A stretch of 37,809 nt of DNA. Origin: a virus. Lineage: Duplodnaviria > Caudoviricetes. The notes beneath the pieces are model-generated. The model did no database searches. It was not told where the DNA came from and was given only the letters and a program-made list of their open reading frames with translations. How positions within the stretch are numbered: position 1 is the stretch's first letter; every line of letters begins with the position of its first letter. Made by a program: the position numbers and the translations under genes. The stretch is from the IMG/VR virus record IMGVR_UViG_3300020045_005319, positions 1 through 37,809 of that record; one strand, given 5' to 3'. Shown piece by piece: positions 19,183 to 28,149 of the stretch.

Positions 19183-19206
19183 TTGATAAGTTTTTTAAAT
19201 TATTGA

Positions 19207-19437
19207 TTATTGATTGTATTTTTCGTCCCAAGCTTTTATTTGTTCAGGTGTTTTTAGCCAGAACAAGCAAGGCCTGTCTAAAGGCATAGCAGTAGCAGAA
19301 ATTAACCCTAACATTTCATCATATCCAACGCCAACTGCTGTCTTGCCTTCAAATTCAACATTGAAGCATTTTGTTTGATATTCGGTACCGTCTAGATTTT
19401 TGCCTATGTGCGGTTTTATAGTTATTTCGCTATTCAT
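19207..19437 (-). CDS. Hypothetical protein
   Basis: 76-aa ORF tightly packed in the leftward operon. Confidence 0.7.
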   Translation of the reverse strand: MNSEITIKPHIGKNLDGTEYQTKCFNVEFEGKTAVGVGYDEMLGLISATAMPLDRPCLFWLKTPEQIKAWDEKYNQ

Positions 19438-19439
19438 GG

Positions 19440-19823
19440 CTAAAATGAAAGATCGTCTGGGTCTTCAAAATTACTCGTAGCCTGATTAACTGGCATTGTA
19501 GGTTGTTGCGGTGCTGGTTGTTGTTGAACAGGCGCTTGTGCTACGTGCGAAACTCTCCAGCCTTGAATGTCATTAAAATAACGAGCCTGTCCTTCTGGAT
19601 TAACCCATTCACGACCCTTCAAATTGACTGATACATTTACCTGGTCGCCAATCTTGGTTGTCGCAAGTAAATTACATTTATCCTGCACGAAATTTATTAA
19701 AATGTGCTGCGGATACTGTTCGTCAGTTGTAACTACTAATTCTCTCTTTTGAAACCCAGACGTACCGACATCGATTGTCTCGCCCACGAATTTCACTTTT
19801 CCAATTACGTTTATTTCTGCCAT
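19440..19823 (-). CDS. ssDNA-binding protein, DUF3127 family (OB fold)
   Basis: FQKRELVVTTDEQYPQHI..F.QDK, NLKGREW, YFNDIQGWR, Q/P linker, acidic DDLSF tail. Confidence 0.9.
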   Translation of the reverse strand: MAEINVIGKVKFVGETIDVGTSGFQKRELVVTTDEQYPQHILINFVQDKCNLLATTKIGDQVNVSVNLKGREWVNPEGQARYFNDIQGWRVSHVAQAPVQQQPAPQQPTMPVNQATSNFEDPDDLSF

Positions 19824-19859
19824 AATATTTTGCGTTGGTCGCCACCGTTAGAAATTAAA

Positions 19860-21056
19860 TTATTTTTTTTTAGTTATTATCGTTAAACCTTCTGGTTTTG
19901 TAACCCTACTTAATGCAACGTACATTTGCCCCTTTGCGAAACATGGTAAAGTTAAATCAACTGTTACTTCGTCAAACGTAAGCCCTTGTGATTTGTGAAT
20001 GGTGAGTGCGTAGGCTAGTTTTATTGGATACTGAGTAATTGACCCCAAATCTTTTAATTCAAGCATTCCTAATTCTTCGTTAAACACATAATCTTTTTTG
20101 GAAAATTTTTTTTGCTCTAATGCGTAATGTTCGCCTTTTACCTCGATAAAATATTTTCCTTCATTCACGATAAATACGCCTAATGTTCCATTAACTAAAG
20201 GGTTGTTTTTGCTATTAGCGAGATACATTATTTTCGAACCGTCTTTAACGGTTATTATCGGATCAAGATTAAAGTCAGTCGCCTTTAAATTGCCTTCAAT
20301 TTCAGCTGTGAAAACGTGTTTTTCTCCTTCCAATGAATTTAGTCCTTGAAAATTATATCTTTCAACCGTGGCGTTGTGTGGGGCTAAAACAATTCCGTTT
20401 GCTTCATTCTTCACGAACTTTCTGAAATACTCCGCTTTTTTACCGTTTCTTACAATATTTAAATTTTCAATAAATTCATTGTCAGATTGTCTTAGAACTT
20501 CATCAAGTTCAATTTTAACTACATTTATTTTTTTGTAGATATTGGCGAAATCAAATGTAGTGCCTCCGTATTCTTTAAGCATTACCGAAACCATATTATC
20601 ATCGGCAACAATCCCAAGTTGTGCCATATCGCCAATAAATATAATTTGAATTTGTGTTAAATCCTTGCAACCGTTTTTAATTAAAGTCCAATGTATGCCG
20701 TCTAAAATATCAGGTCTTAACATCGATACTTCATCTATTAAAATGGTGTCGATGACGTCAAAAAGCCTTCTCTTTGAAGGCTTAACAAAATTGCATTCTT
20801 TAAATGTTAGTACTCCGAAAGGAGGCAATGAAAATGTCAAATGAATTGTTGCACCTCCTACGTTGTTTGCTGCTATTCCTGTCGGAGCTAAAGCAACTAC
20901 GTTTTTACGCTGTTTAGTCAGCAAGCGTATTAATTCTTTAGTCACGAAAGATTTTCCCGTACCTGCCTTCCCTGTCAAAAATATATTTTCGCCATTTAGT
21001 CCAGCTTCTATAAATTCAGTTTGTTTTTTGGATAAATTATTTTCTTTAATTTCCAT
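19860..21056 (-). CDS. Pif1/RecD-like SF1 helicase
   Basis: TGKAGTGKS, APTGIAA, IDEVSM, GDMAQL, QYPIKLAYALTIHKSQGLT, YVALSR. Confidence 0.95.
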   Translation of the reverse strand: MEIKENNLSKKQTEFIEAGLNGENIFLTGKAGTGKSFVTKELIRLLTKQRKNVVALAPTGIAANNVGGATIHLTFSLPPFGVLTFKECNFVKPSKRRLFDVIDTILIDEVSMLRPDILDGIHWTLIKNGCKDLTQIQIIFIGDMAQLGIVADDNMVSVMLKEYGGTTFDFANIYKKINVVKIELDEVLRQSDNEFIENLNIVRNGKKAEYFRKFVKNEANGIVLAPHNATVERYNFQGLNSLEGEKHVFTAEIEGNLKATDFNLDPIITVKDGSKIMYLANSKNNPLVNGTLGVFIVNEGKYFIEVKGEHYALEQKKFSKKDYVFNEELGMLELKDLGSITQYPIKLAYALTIHKSQGLTFDEVTVDLTLPCFAKGQMYVALSRVTKPEGLTIITKKK

Positions 21057-21059
21057 AAT

Positions 21060-21860
21060 CTACCTATTAAACGCCCATGCAGGCAATGACACTTCGCTTA
21101 TTTTTTCATCGTAACCTTTCCAAATTCCAGTTTCCAAACATTTTACGTATGTTTCGCAATTACGCAGATATTCGTCACGGCCTAATTGTCTGCTTTTACC
21201 ATCTAAATAATGGACTCCAATTTTGAACGGCTCAGTTTTTTCAATATTTACGAAAACAAAACCAGAACGGTCGTTTCCGCAGGTCTCCAATCCGTCTAGA
21301 TAGAAGGGGTCTTGCTTGTAATACTTATATTCCCACGCTGATTTTCCAAAACCGTTAGGCGTTGCGTCTTCGGTTGTTTTTAAATCCACAACCAAACCAC
21401 TGGTATTGTCCAACCAATCAGGACGTATTTTACAACGTGCGCCAGTATTCGGTTCATTAAACATAAATGTTTGTTCTGCTAGTCCGTTTTGAAACAATAA
21501 TTTTGCCGTCGGATGCTTGAAAATAGCATCACGAATACGCCTTACGGTATCGTAATCAACTACATCAATAAGTGTTTGATTATTAGCTTCGCACATTGCC
21601 GTTAACGATGCTGATTCAGCCTTTCCGATAGTTGTACGCTTATCAATTGTAGGCATCGGAACGTAAGTTTTTTGAAACTCGTTTGGCTCTAAAACCGCCA
21701 AATGTACAGCTGTGCCAAATTTCATATCCTTAGTAGGCTCTTGTTTTTCACGTTCTGGACGTAGATAATGCCACCAGTAATCTAATGAGCTAGATTCTAT
21801 CATATCCAGTCCTGATTTTGAAATACTGGACGTGTCGGAGTGGTATTGCTCGTTAGTCAT
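21060..21860 (-). CDS. PD-(D/E)XK exonuclease (RecE/exonuclease VIII, DUF3799-like)
   Basis: Likely start MTNEQYH at 21860, coupled to the upstream stop; ISKSGL, FGTAVH, CKIRPD, VDLKTT. Confidence 0.9.
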   Translation of the reverse strand: MTNEQYHSDTSSISKSGLDMIESSSLDYWWHYLRPEREKQEPTKDMKFGTAVHLAVLEPNEFQKTYVPMPTIDKRTTIGKAESASLTAMCEANNQTLIDVVDYDTVRRIRDAIFKHPTAKLLFQNGLAEQTFMFNEPNTGARCKIRPDWLDNTSGLVVDLKTTEDATPNGFGKSAWEYKYYKQDPFYLDGLETCGNDRSGFVFVNIEKTEPFKIGVHYLDGKSRQLGRDEYLRNCETYVKCLETGIWKGYDEKISEVSLPAWAFNR

Positions 21861-22123
21861 TATAATTGAGATAAACGAGTTTTGAATTCTTCGAAGGGAA
21901 TGTTTACGACACTTCCCCAATTAGGAAAATTATCAGGAACAAATCCTTCATTTCCTTCAAGCATATAAAAAGAAAGGTCTCGCAAACAAAGCGATTCCGT
22001 TTCTATATCCTTACATTGACCATATATTAAATTCTTTTCAAACAACAGCTTCCAAATTTCGTGACGTTCTTCTATGGCAGAACCTTCTAACGTCATTCCT
22101 TCAAATTCTTTAAATGCACTCAT
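21860..22123 (-). CDS. Hypothetical protein, first gene of the leftward operon
   Basis: 87-aa ORF downstream of a minus-strand promoter; coupled to the exonuclease by TAATG. Confidence 0.7.
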   Translation of the reverse strand: MSAFKEFEGMTLEGSAIEERHEIWKLLFEKNLIYGQCKDIETESLCLRDLSFYMLEGNEGFVPDNFPNWGSVVNIPFEEFKTRLSQL

Positions 22124-22150
22124 TTTCGATATATTTTTATGATTATGTTC

Positions 22151-22216
22151 TGCAAACCTATAACAAACTTTTCGAATAAAAAAACTTTTTTAATTAAATT
22201 TAATGTTTATATTTGC
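22151..22216. promoter_or_regulatory. Divergent promoter pair (includes copy C of the box)
   Basis: Minus-strand TAGGTTTG (22153-22160); plus-strand TATATTTG (22208-22215) overlapped by TAATGTTTA (22201-22209). Confidence 0.75.
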
Positions 22217-22239
22217 AACAACATTAAAACACTATATAA

Positions 22240-22518
22240 ATGGAAGAATTAAGACCGTATCAGAAAAAATCCATTGAGCATTCAATGGAATCAGGAAAAA
22301 CAGTAGTTATTGAAAGCAAAACCACTTCCAAAACTCAGATTGAAATTATTCGTGAAAAATGCGAGTTAAAAGGATTGAATATCTACGATGTGTTAAGAGA
22401 GGCGAAAGTTCCTCAAACAACCGTTCAGAATTGGAAAGAAGACCCAAAAGCCTTCAAAACATTAGCTAAAATAAATTTGGCTATCGAAGTATTAAGCGAA
22501 AAACAGGAAATAGTATGA
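22240..22518 (+). CDS. Cro-like HTH regulator
   Basis: GLNIYDVLREAKVPQTTVQNWK helix-turn-helix; first gene after the divergent promoter. Confidence 0.7.
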   Translation: MEELRPYQKKSIEHSMESGKTVVIESKTTSKTQIEIIREKCELKGLNIYDVLREAKVPQTTVQNWKEDPKAFKTLAKINLAIEVLSEKQEIV

Positions 22519-22817
22519 AAACAATAAACATAGAAACTATAGAGTTCCCAACAGGAGCTGAGGCTTCGGAAAACAAAAATTATCCGCATAGTGGATTATT
22601 TATCGCTAGAACCAAAGACGGTTCTTCAGACTTAAGGCTAATTGACAAGACGATTAAAACTAACTTCTGCATCGTTCCTGAAAGTGTTTTTAATGGCATT
22701 TTTGAAAACGTAGCGGTAAATAAACCCGTAGAATTAGAATCAGTTATTCAAAGTAATAACAAATACGAAGGTGATTTTATTCTTGAATTTGCCCGAATCC
22801 TGCTGAATAGAAAATAA
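22515..22817 (+). CDS. Hypothetical protein
   Basis: 100-aa ORF coupled by ATGA overlap. Confidence 0.7.
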   Translation: MKTINIETIEFPTGAEASENKNYPHSGLFIARTKDGSSDLRLIDKTIKTNFCIVPESVFNGIFENVAVNKPVELESVIQSNNKYEGDFILEFARILLNRK

Positions 22818-22820
22818 CAT

Positions 22821-24404
22821 ATGCTACAACTCAGAACCTATCAAGCTAAATGTGTTGCAGGCGTTCGTGAATGTTTCAGAAATTTAATTAAATCCGTTTT
22901 ACTCGTTTTACCAACGGGCGGAGGCAAAACTGTTATTTTCACTTACATAGCGCAACAATCTTCGCTTAAAAAAAAACGAGTTTTAATACTTGTGCATCGT
23001 GTTGAGTTATTGCGCCAAACATCGGCAGCTTTAAATCGATTCGATGTTGAACACGGCATGATAAATCCAGCTTATACGCCAAATTTCAACGCAAATGTAC
23101 AGGTGGCAAGCGTGCAGACAATCATTAAAAGACTGCATTATCTGACTGCTGTTAATTGGGAACCAGACACGATAATAATTGACGAGGCGCACCACGCCAC
23201 AGCAGGAAGCTGGCGAAAAATTATTGAATATTTCCCAGAGGCTTATTCTCTTGGCGTAACCGCTACCCCAATTCGTTCAGACGGTCAGGGGCTAGGCCGT
23301 AAATGCGGCGGGTTATTCGATGAATTAATTGAAGGACAAAATATGCCTTGGTTAATGGATGAAGGCTTTTTAGTCAGACCCCGTATTTTTGGAACTCCAG
23401 AAAAACTTGATTTGTCGGATGTGCATACAAGTATGGGCGACTTCAACAAAAACGATTTATCCAATTTAGTTGATAAGCCAAAAATTATTGGTTCCGCTGT
23501 CGCTCATTATCGTAAATTATGTCCAAATGCACCTGCAATAGTGTTTTGCGTTTCTGTTGCTCATGCTGAACACGTGGCGCAGGAATTCAGAAACTTCGGC
23601 TATCGTTTTTATTCCATTGACGGTGGTACAGACGATGTTTTGCGAAAACAGCTTATAGATGGACTAACCAATGGATCAGTTGACGGTTTGACTTCTTGCG
23701 ATCTGATTGGAGAAGGAACTGATATTCCGAGAGCCACAACGGCAATCGAATTGAGACCAACCCAAAGCAAGGGATTGAATTTTCAGCAACGAGGGCGTGT
23801 GTTACGTCCTGTTTATGCCGATGGTTTTGATCTCGAAACTAAAGAAGGACGTTTGGCAGCTATTGCAGCAAGCGAAAAGCCGTATGCGTTCATTCTTGAC
23901 CATGTAGGGAACACAGAACGCCACGGACTGCCATACGATGTGCAGGAATGGACATTGGACGGTGAAACGAAAAAACGAGGCAAGAAAAACCAAGAAATTG
24001 CAGTCAAAGTCGATATGTGTGAAAGTTGTTTTGCTGTTTATGAACCCACTCCAGTTTGTCCAATGTGCGGACACGTAAATAAGAAACGTGATACCACGCC
24101 TAAACAAATTGAAGGTGACCTGCAAGAGATTACAGCAGAAACTTTAATCCGTAAAGAAAAGAGAAAGGAGCAAGGTAAAACCGAAACGTTGGAAGACTTA
24201 AAAAAACTTGCTGCCGAAAGAGGTTATAAACCAGGCTGGGCAAATGCTATTTTTACTTCTCGTGAAAAGAAAGCTGAAAAGCTGGAATTAGAACGTATTC
24301 GAATTGAAAACGAACGTTTGGAAAAATTACGAATTGAACAGGCACAAGAAATTCAATTCGAAGAAGTACCTGCGGGCGAATTTGATGACGATTTAGATTT
24401 TTAA
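22821..24404 (+). CDS. SF2 DEAH helicase with C-terminal zinc ribbon
   Basis: LRTYQ, PTGGGKT, DEAHH, TATP, QQRGRVLR, CESC..CPMCG, GYKPGWA. Confidence 0.95.
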   Translation: MLQLRTYQAKCVAGVRECFRNLIKSVLLVLPTGGGKTVIFTYIAQQSSLKKKRVLILVHRVELLRQTSAALNRFDVEHGMINPAYTPNFNANVQVASVQTIIKRLHYLTAVNWEPDTIIIDEAHHATAGSWRKIIEYFPEAYSLGVTATPIRSDGQGLGRKCGGLFDELIEGQNMPWLMDEGFLVRPRIFGTPEKLDLSDVHTSMGDFNKNDLSNLVDKPKIIGSAVAHYRKLCPNAPAIVFCVSVAHAEHVAQEFRNFGYRFYSIDGGTDDVLRKQLIDGLTNGSVDGLTSCDLIGEGTDIPRATTAIELRPTQSKGLNFQQRGRVLRPVYADGFDLETKEGRLAAIAASEKPYAFILDHVGNTERHGLPYDVQEWTLDGETKKRGKKNQEIAVKVDMCESCFAVYEPTPVCPMCGHVNKKRDTTPKQIEGDLQEITAETLIRKEKRKEQGKTETLEDLKKLAAERGYKPGWANAIFTSREKKAEKLELERIRIENERLEKLRIEQAQEIQFEEVPAGEFDDDLDF

Positions 24405-24434
24405 AAATTATTTTAAATTATATTAAATATTTAG

Positions 24435-24453
24435 ATTTAATGTTTATATTTGC
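24435..24453 (+). promoter_or_regulatory. Promoter with TAATGTTTA box (copy D)
   Basis: TAATGTTTA 24438-24446 overlapping TATATTTG 24445-24452. Confidence 0.7.
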
Positions 24454-24468
24454 TTAAAATTAAATGTT

Positions 24469-24630
24469 ATGATTTACGCTCCAAAAATAGACTTCCAAGA
24501 TACATACTTCATATTTCGTGAAAACGGCCTGGAAGTTGAATTTAAAATAGTCGGTGAATTAATTCGATGCGACAAAAAACTTCACCCAGATGAAGTGAAT
24601 TTTATTAGAGAAAATTTAATTAAAAAATAA
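24469..24630 (+). CDS. 53-aa hypothetical protein (MIYAPKIDFQDTYFIFRENGLEVEF...)
   Basis: Directly downstream of promoter D and fills the gap to the next gene; missing from the ORF track. Confidence 0.65.
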   Translation: MIYAPKIDFQDTYFIFRENGLEVEFKIVGELIRCDKKLHPDEVNFIRENLIKK

Positions 24631-24634
24631 TTTT

Positions 24635-25075
24635 ATGTTCACTCCTAAAAAACTGGAATTCAAAATTTCAGAAGCTAAGAAAACCGAAGGACGTTATTGT
24701 TGCGCTTATCATTGCAAATCAAAACCATGTGCGAAAAAACGTGGATTATGTCATAAGCATTATCATGTATACAGACGACAAATTGACCCTGTTTATGATC
24801 GATACGTAAACTTCAAAGGAAATGCTTTGAGACGTGGAAAAGAATTTTTGATTACACTGCAAGAATTTCGCGACTGGTGCCAAGAAAAAGGATACATCAT
24901 TAAGCGTGGATACCGTGGTAAAAATTGCACAGTTGACCGAATTGACAACTCGAAAGGTTATAACATCGAAAATATCCAGCTTATTACAAATATGGCTAAT
25001 ATCCGAAAGTATCACGGCCACGATAAACACGTTACAGAATTACCAACAGATCACGAGGATTATAGTCCTTTTTAA
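24635..25075 (+). CDS. His-Me finger (HNH-like) nuclease-family protein with Cys/His-rich N-terminus
   Basis: CCAYHC...GLCHKHY and TVDRIDNSKGYNIENIQLIT...N..K. Confidence 0.7.
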   Translation: MFTPKKLEFKISEAKKTEGRYCCAYHCKSKPCAKKRGLCHKHYHVYRRQIDPVYDRYVNFKGNALRRGKEFLITLQEFRDWCQEKGYIIKRGYRGKNCTVDRIDNSKGYNIENIQLITNMANIRKYHGHDKHVTELPTDHEDYSPF

Positions 25076-25086
25076 AACTTATCGCT

Positions 25087-25389
25087 ATGGGTTACAATAG
25101 AAAATTATACTTGCTTAGAAAAAATATCATTTTCTATTCCAGAAATCACTATTTAAAATTTCTGAATAATAGCTGTAAGGGAAATGAATTGACATTTTTT
25201 GAAAATTTATTGTTATTTGGAAACATGCTCCATTATTTACACGGTTTTATGCGCAGAGAGAAAAAATTTACGACGCAGAAGCAAGTAGCCGAATACTATA
25301 TTAAATTATTTAATAGTGAATTTAGAGGCGACAGAATAATGCGTAAATATATAGACGACTTGAGGTTAATAATGTCTTACTACGATTAA
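25087..25389 (+). CDS. Hypothetical basic protein
   Basis: 100-aa ORF within the operon. Confidence 0.6.
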   Translation: MGYNRKLYLLRKNIIFYSRNHYLKFLNNSCKGNELTFFENLLLFGNMLHYLHGFMRREKKFTTQKQVAEYYIKLFNSEFRGDRIMRKYIDDLRLIMSYYD

Positions 25390-25407
25390 TAAAAAAAAAC
25401 TTATCAA

Positions 25408-25809
25408 ATGAATTCACAAGAAACAAACCTAGTCCGCAAAATTATGCTAAAACTAGGTGCAGACCCAAAAATTAGGATATTTCGCAATAATTCGGGCAAA
25501 TGCTGGATTGGTGCTTCCAAGAAATTTTCACACCCACAAACAGTAAATGTCAAAGCAGGTGACGTTTTAGTACAACAAGCCCGTTATTTCGATGCAGGTT
25601 TATGCCCAGGAAGTTCAGACCTTATCGGCTTGAAGGCAATTAGAATTACTCCTGAAATGGTTGGTACTGAAATAGCGTGCTTTATTGCTATTGAAGCGAA
25701 ATTAATAAATGGACGTGTTCAAGAAAATCAAATTAATTTTTTACAGATGGTCAACAATCTTGGAGGCAAAGGAATAATCTGTAGGGATGAAAATAATATA
25801 CCGATTTAA
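25408..25809 (+). CDS. VRR-NUC family nuclease
   Basis: IFRNNSG, GLCPGSSDLIG, FIAIEAK...GR....Q..F......GG. Confidence 0.9.
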   Translation: MNSQETNLVRKIMLKLGADPKIRIFRNNSGKCWIGASKKFSHPQTVNVKAGDVLVQQARYFDAGLCPGSSDLIGLKAIRITPEMVGTEIACFIAIEAKLINGRVQENQINFLQMVNNLGGKGIICRDENNIPI

Positions 25810-25811
25810 TT

Positions 25812-27110
25812 ATGAAAAAGTACAACAGAAACAAGAATGTTCACGAAGCTTCCTTAGAAAGGATTGAATATATTTTTAATAACTTCAATAAGATATACAT
25901 ATCGTTTTCTGGAGGAAAAGACAGCGGTGTAATGATCAATTTAATGATTGATTATATGCGTAAAAATAACATCACTAAGAAAGTAGGCGTTATGATTTTA
26001 GACAACGAGGCTAATTACAACCTTTCTTTAGAATTCATGCACAGAATAATCGAAGCTAATTTAGATTTACTAGACGTGTACTGGTGCTGCTTGCCTATTA
26101 CCTTGCCGTGTACCGTTTCTTCTTACGCTACAGAATGGCAATGCTGGGGTGTTAATGATGAAAAGAGGTGGATTAGCCCTATGCCGAAACAGAAGTATAT
26201 CGTTAACATGAAAAATAAACCTTTCGACTTCTTTGAAGAAAATATGCCTTACGACGAGTTTTGGGACAAATTCGGGGAATGGTATTCACAAGGCGAAAAA
26301 TGCGCTTGCTTAATTGGTATCAGATGCGACGAAAGTCTTAATAGGTTCCGTGCGATAATGAATGATAGAAAAGAAATGTTAGACGGACACCACTGGACAA
26401 AAAGAAACGGTGAATTTGTATATAACTGCTATCCTATTTATGACTGGAAAACAAGAGATATATGGGTAGCTAACGCAAAATTTGAATGGGATTATAATAA
26501 GCTTTACGATATATTTTGGAAAGCTGGTCTTACTATCGCTCAAATGAGGGTTGCCAGTCCTTTTATGAGCGAAAGCAAGTCGTCTTTAAACTTATATAGA
26601 GTTATAGATTCAGGTATTTGGTCAACTTTGTGCGCTAGAGTTCATGGGGCTAATTTTGTGGCTACTTATGGAAAACAAATAAACTACAATAGTTTTAAAT
26701 TACCAGAAGGACATACGTGGAAAAGCTTTGTAAAATTTTTATTAGATACTTTACCAAAGGAGGTTTCTGAAAATTTTAAGATGCGCTTCATTCAATCCTT
26801 CAAATACTGGGGCAGGGTGGGGCGCGGACTGGATGGAAAAACAATTTCAGAACTCAGAAAAAATAATATTTCATTTAAAATAAATGGAAAAACAGCCCAT
26901 GGCTCAAAAGAAAAGTACAGAGTTGTCATTCAATCCTTCCCTGATCACTTGGATATGTTGAAATGTCATAATAGCGATGTAGCTTCGTGGAAGCGTTTTG
27001 CGATAACTATATTAAAAAACGATCATACCTGCAAATATATGGGGCTATCTCCAACTAAAAGTCAAGCTATTAGACAGCGCGAAATAATGCAGAAATATAA
27101 AGGCTTATGA
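25812..27110 (+). CDS. PAPS-reductase-fold (PP-loop) protein with DUF3440, IbrA/YbdN-like
   Basis: SFSGGKDS, LIGIRCDESLNR, YPIYDWKTRDIW, MRVASPF, SWKRFAITILKND. Confidence 0.9.
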   Translation: MKKYNRNKNVHEASLERIEYIFNNFNKIYISFSGGKDSGVMINLMIDYMRKNNITKKVGVMILDNEANYNLSLEFMHRIIEANLDLLDVYWCCLPITLPCTVSSYATEWQCWGVNDEKRWISPMPKQKYIVNMKNKPFDFFEENMPYDEFWDKFGEWYSQGEKCACLIGIRCDESLNRFRAIMNDRKEMLDGHHWTKRNGEFVYNCYPIYDWKTRDIWVANAKFEWDYNKLYDIFWKAGLTIAQMRVASPFMSESKSSLNLYRVIDSGIWSTLCARVHGANFVATYGKQINYNSFKLPEGHTWKSFVKFLLDTLPKEVSENFKMRFIQSFKYWGRVGRGLDGKTISELRKNNISFKINGKTAHGSKEKYRVVIQSFPDHLDMLKCHNSDVASWKRFAITILKNDHTCKYMGLSPTKSQAIRQREIMQKYKGL

Positions 27111-27463
27111 TAAGATTATTCGTGAATTGGGAACTGTGGGAATGTTATAAAAATGGAATGTACCGAAGTGAGCCAAAAGAAGAATTCTATCTAAAAGAAG
27201 CTATAAAATTCATGTCAAATACCGAACTATTTGCAAAAGCAATGAACGAAGTAGTAGGCAAATGGAATTACACGATGCTACATCATTTAACAAATAGTTC
27301 TTTAAATAGACATGCGTTCGTTGGCCAGTGTGCTTGCTCTTACGCTATAAATTGCCCTGAATATATAGTTAGATTGGCATGGAAGGAACTGACCGAAAAG
27401 CAAAGAAATGACGCTGATTTTGAGGCTAAAAAAATAATAAACAATTATTTAAAGGATAAATGA
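27107..27463 (+). CDS. Hypothetical Trp/Cys-rich protein of the IbrAB-like cassette
   Basis: Coupled by ATGA overlaps on both sides; WECYKNGMY, LTN...NR.A.VGQ.AC, AW..LT..Q. Confidence 0.75.
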   Translation: MIRLFVNWELWECYKNGMYRSEPKEEFYLKEAIKFMSNTELFAKAMNEVVGKWNYTMLHHLTNSSLNRHAFVGQCACSYAINCPEYIVRLAWKELTEKQRNDADFEAKKIINNYLKDK

Positions 27464-27702
27464 GAGTCAGAATTGAAAATTATATAAAGGACTGGGAAGA
27501 AAAATGTTACTACAACGGAATTCCAGATGAAGTGCCAAACGAAATAAAAGATAAAGTTCCATCCTGTAAAAAAATAGCCATAGCTATTTTGAATAACGAT
27601 GTAACATTGAAATCTTTAGGATTGACGGGTAAAAAATCAGTATACTATAGTATTTTAAAAAAAATAGAAATAGACGAAAGAAACAAAAATAATGTTATTT
27701 AA
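27460..27702 (+). CDS. Stand-alone paralogue of the IbrA-like C-terminal domain
   Basis: IPDEV...VPSCKKIAIAILNND...LGL aligns by eye with FPDHL...VASWKRFAITILKND...MGL of 25812..27110. Confidence 0.7.
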   Translation: MRVRIENYIKDWEEKCYYNGIPDEVPNEIKDKVPSCKKIAIAILNNDVTLKSLGLTGKKSVYYSILKKIEIDERNKNNVI

Positions 27703-27707
27703 AAAAT

Positions 27708-27749
27708 TGTTTATCCAAAAATAAACATTATATTTGCTTATTATTAATT
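27708..27749 (+). promoter_or_regulatory. Promoter with dyad TGTTTAT-N6-ATAAACA (copy E), driving ectC-like and parB-like genes
   Basis: TGTTTATCCAAAAATAAACATTATATTTGCTTATTATTAATT; near-identical to 34134-34175. Confidence 0.8.
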
Positions 27750-27763
27750 TAAAACCTATCAAA

Positions 27764-28138
27764 ATGAAAATTGTAAACATTAAAGAATTAGAAGGAACAG
27801 ACAGAGACGTTTTATTCACAGGCGGTAATAGTGTCCGTGCCTTAGTGAAAAGTGATAACATGGGATTCGGAGTGTGCAAAACATATATTCCAGAAGGAGG
27901 ACCGCACCATTGGCATTACCTTAATCATTTGGAGGCATGTTACTGTATTTCAGGGTCAGGAATTTTGACAAATATAGAAACAAAGGAGGAACATTATATT
28001 AAAAAAGACGTAATGTATGTGCTGGATAAACACGATAATCATACTTTTGAAGCTTTGGAAGACGTTGTTTTGATTTCAATATTCAACCCGCCATTGACGG
28101 GAACTGAGTTTCATGATGAAAACGGGAATTACTTGTAA
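27764..28138 (+). CDS. ectC: Ectoine synthase family cupin (solitary EctC)
   Basis: Start reassigned to ATG 27764; GTDRDV, D.MGF, HY.NHLEA.YC..G.G, Y.LDKHD.H, FNPPLTG.E.HDE.G.Y signature. Confidence 0.9.
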   Translation: MKIVNIKELEGTDRDVLFTGGNSVRALVKSDNMGFGVCKTYIPEGGPHHWHYLNHLEACYCISGSGILTNIETKEEHYIKKDVMYVLDKHDNHTFEALEDVVLISIFNPPLTGTEFHDENGNYL

Positions 28139-28149
28139 AAACAAAAAAA

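Noticed and set aside
25812-27110. cysH auxiliary gene for sulfate assimilation
   Set aside because: Length, DUF3440-type C-terminus and ParB-like partner indicate the IbrA/YbdN clade; the CysH C-terminal ECG(L/I)H motif is absent
27734-27763. Longer starts given by the ORF track (also 21920, 34283, 36924)
   Set aside because: They overlap promoter elements or upstream genes; the downstream ATGs (27764, 21860, 34313, 37008) fit family N-termini and translational coupling better
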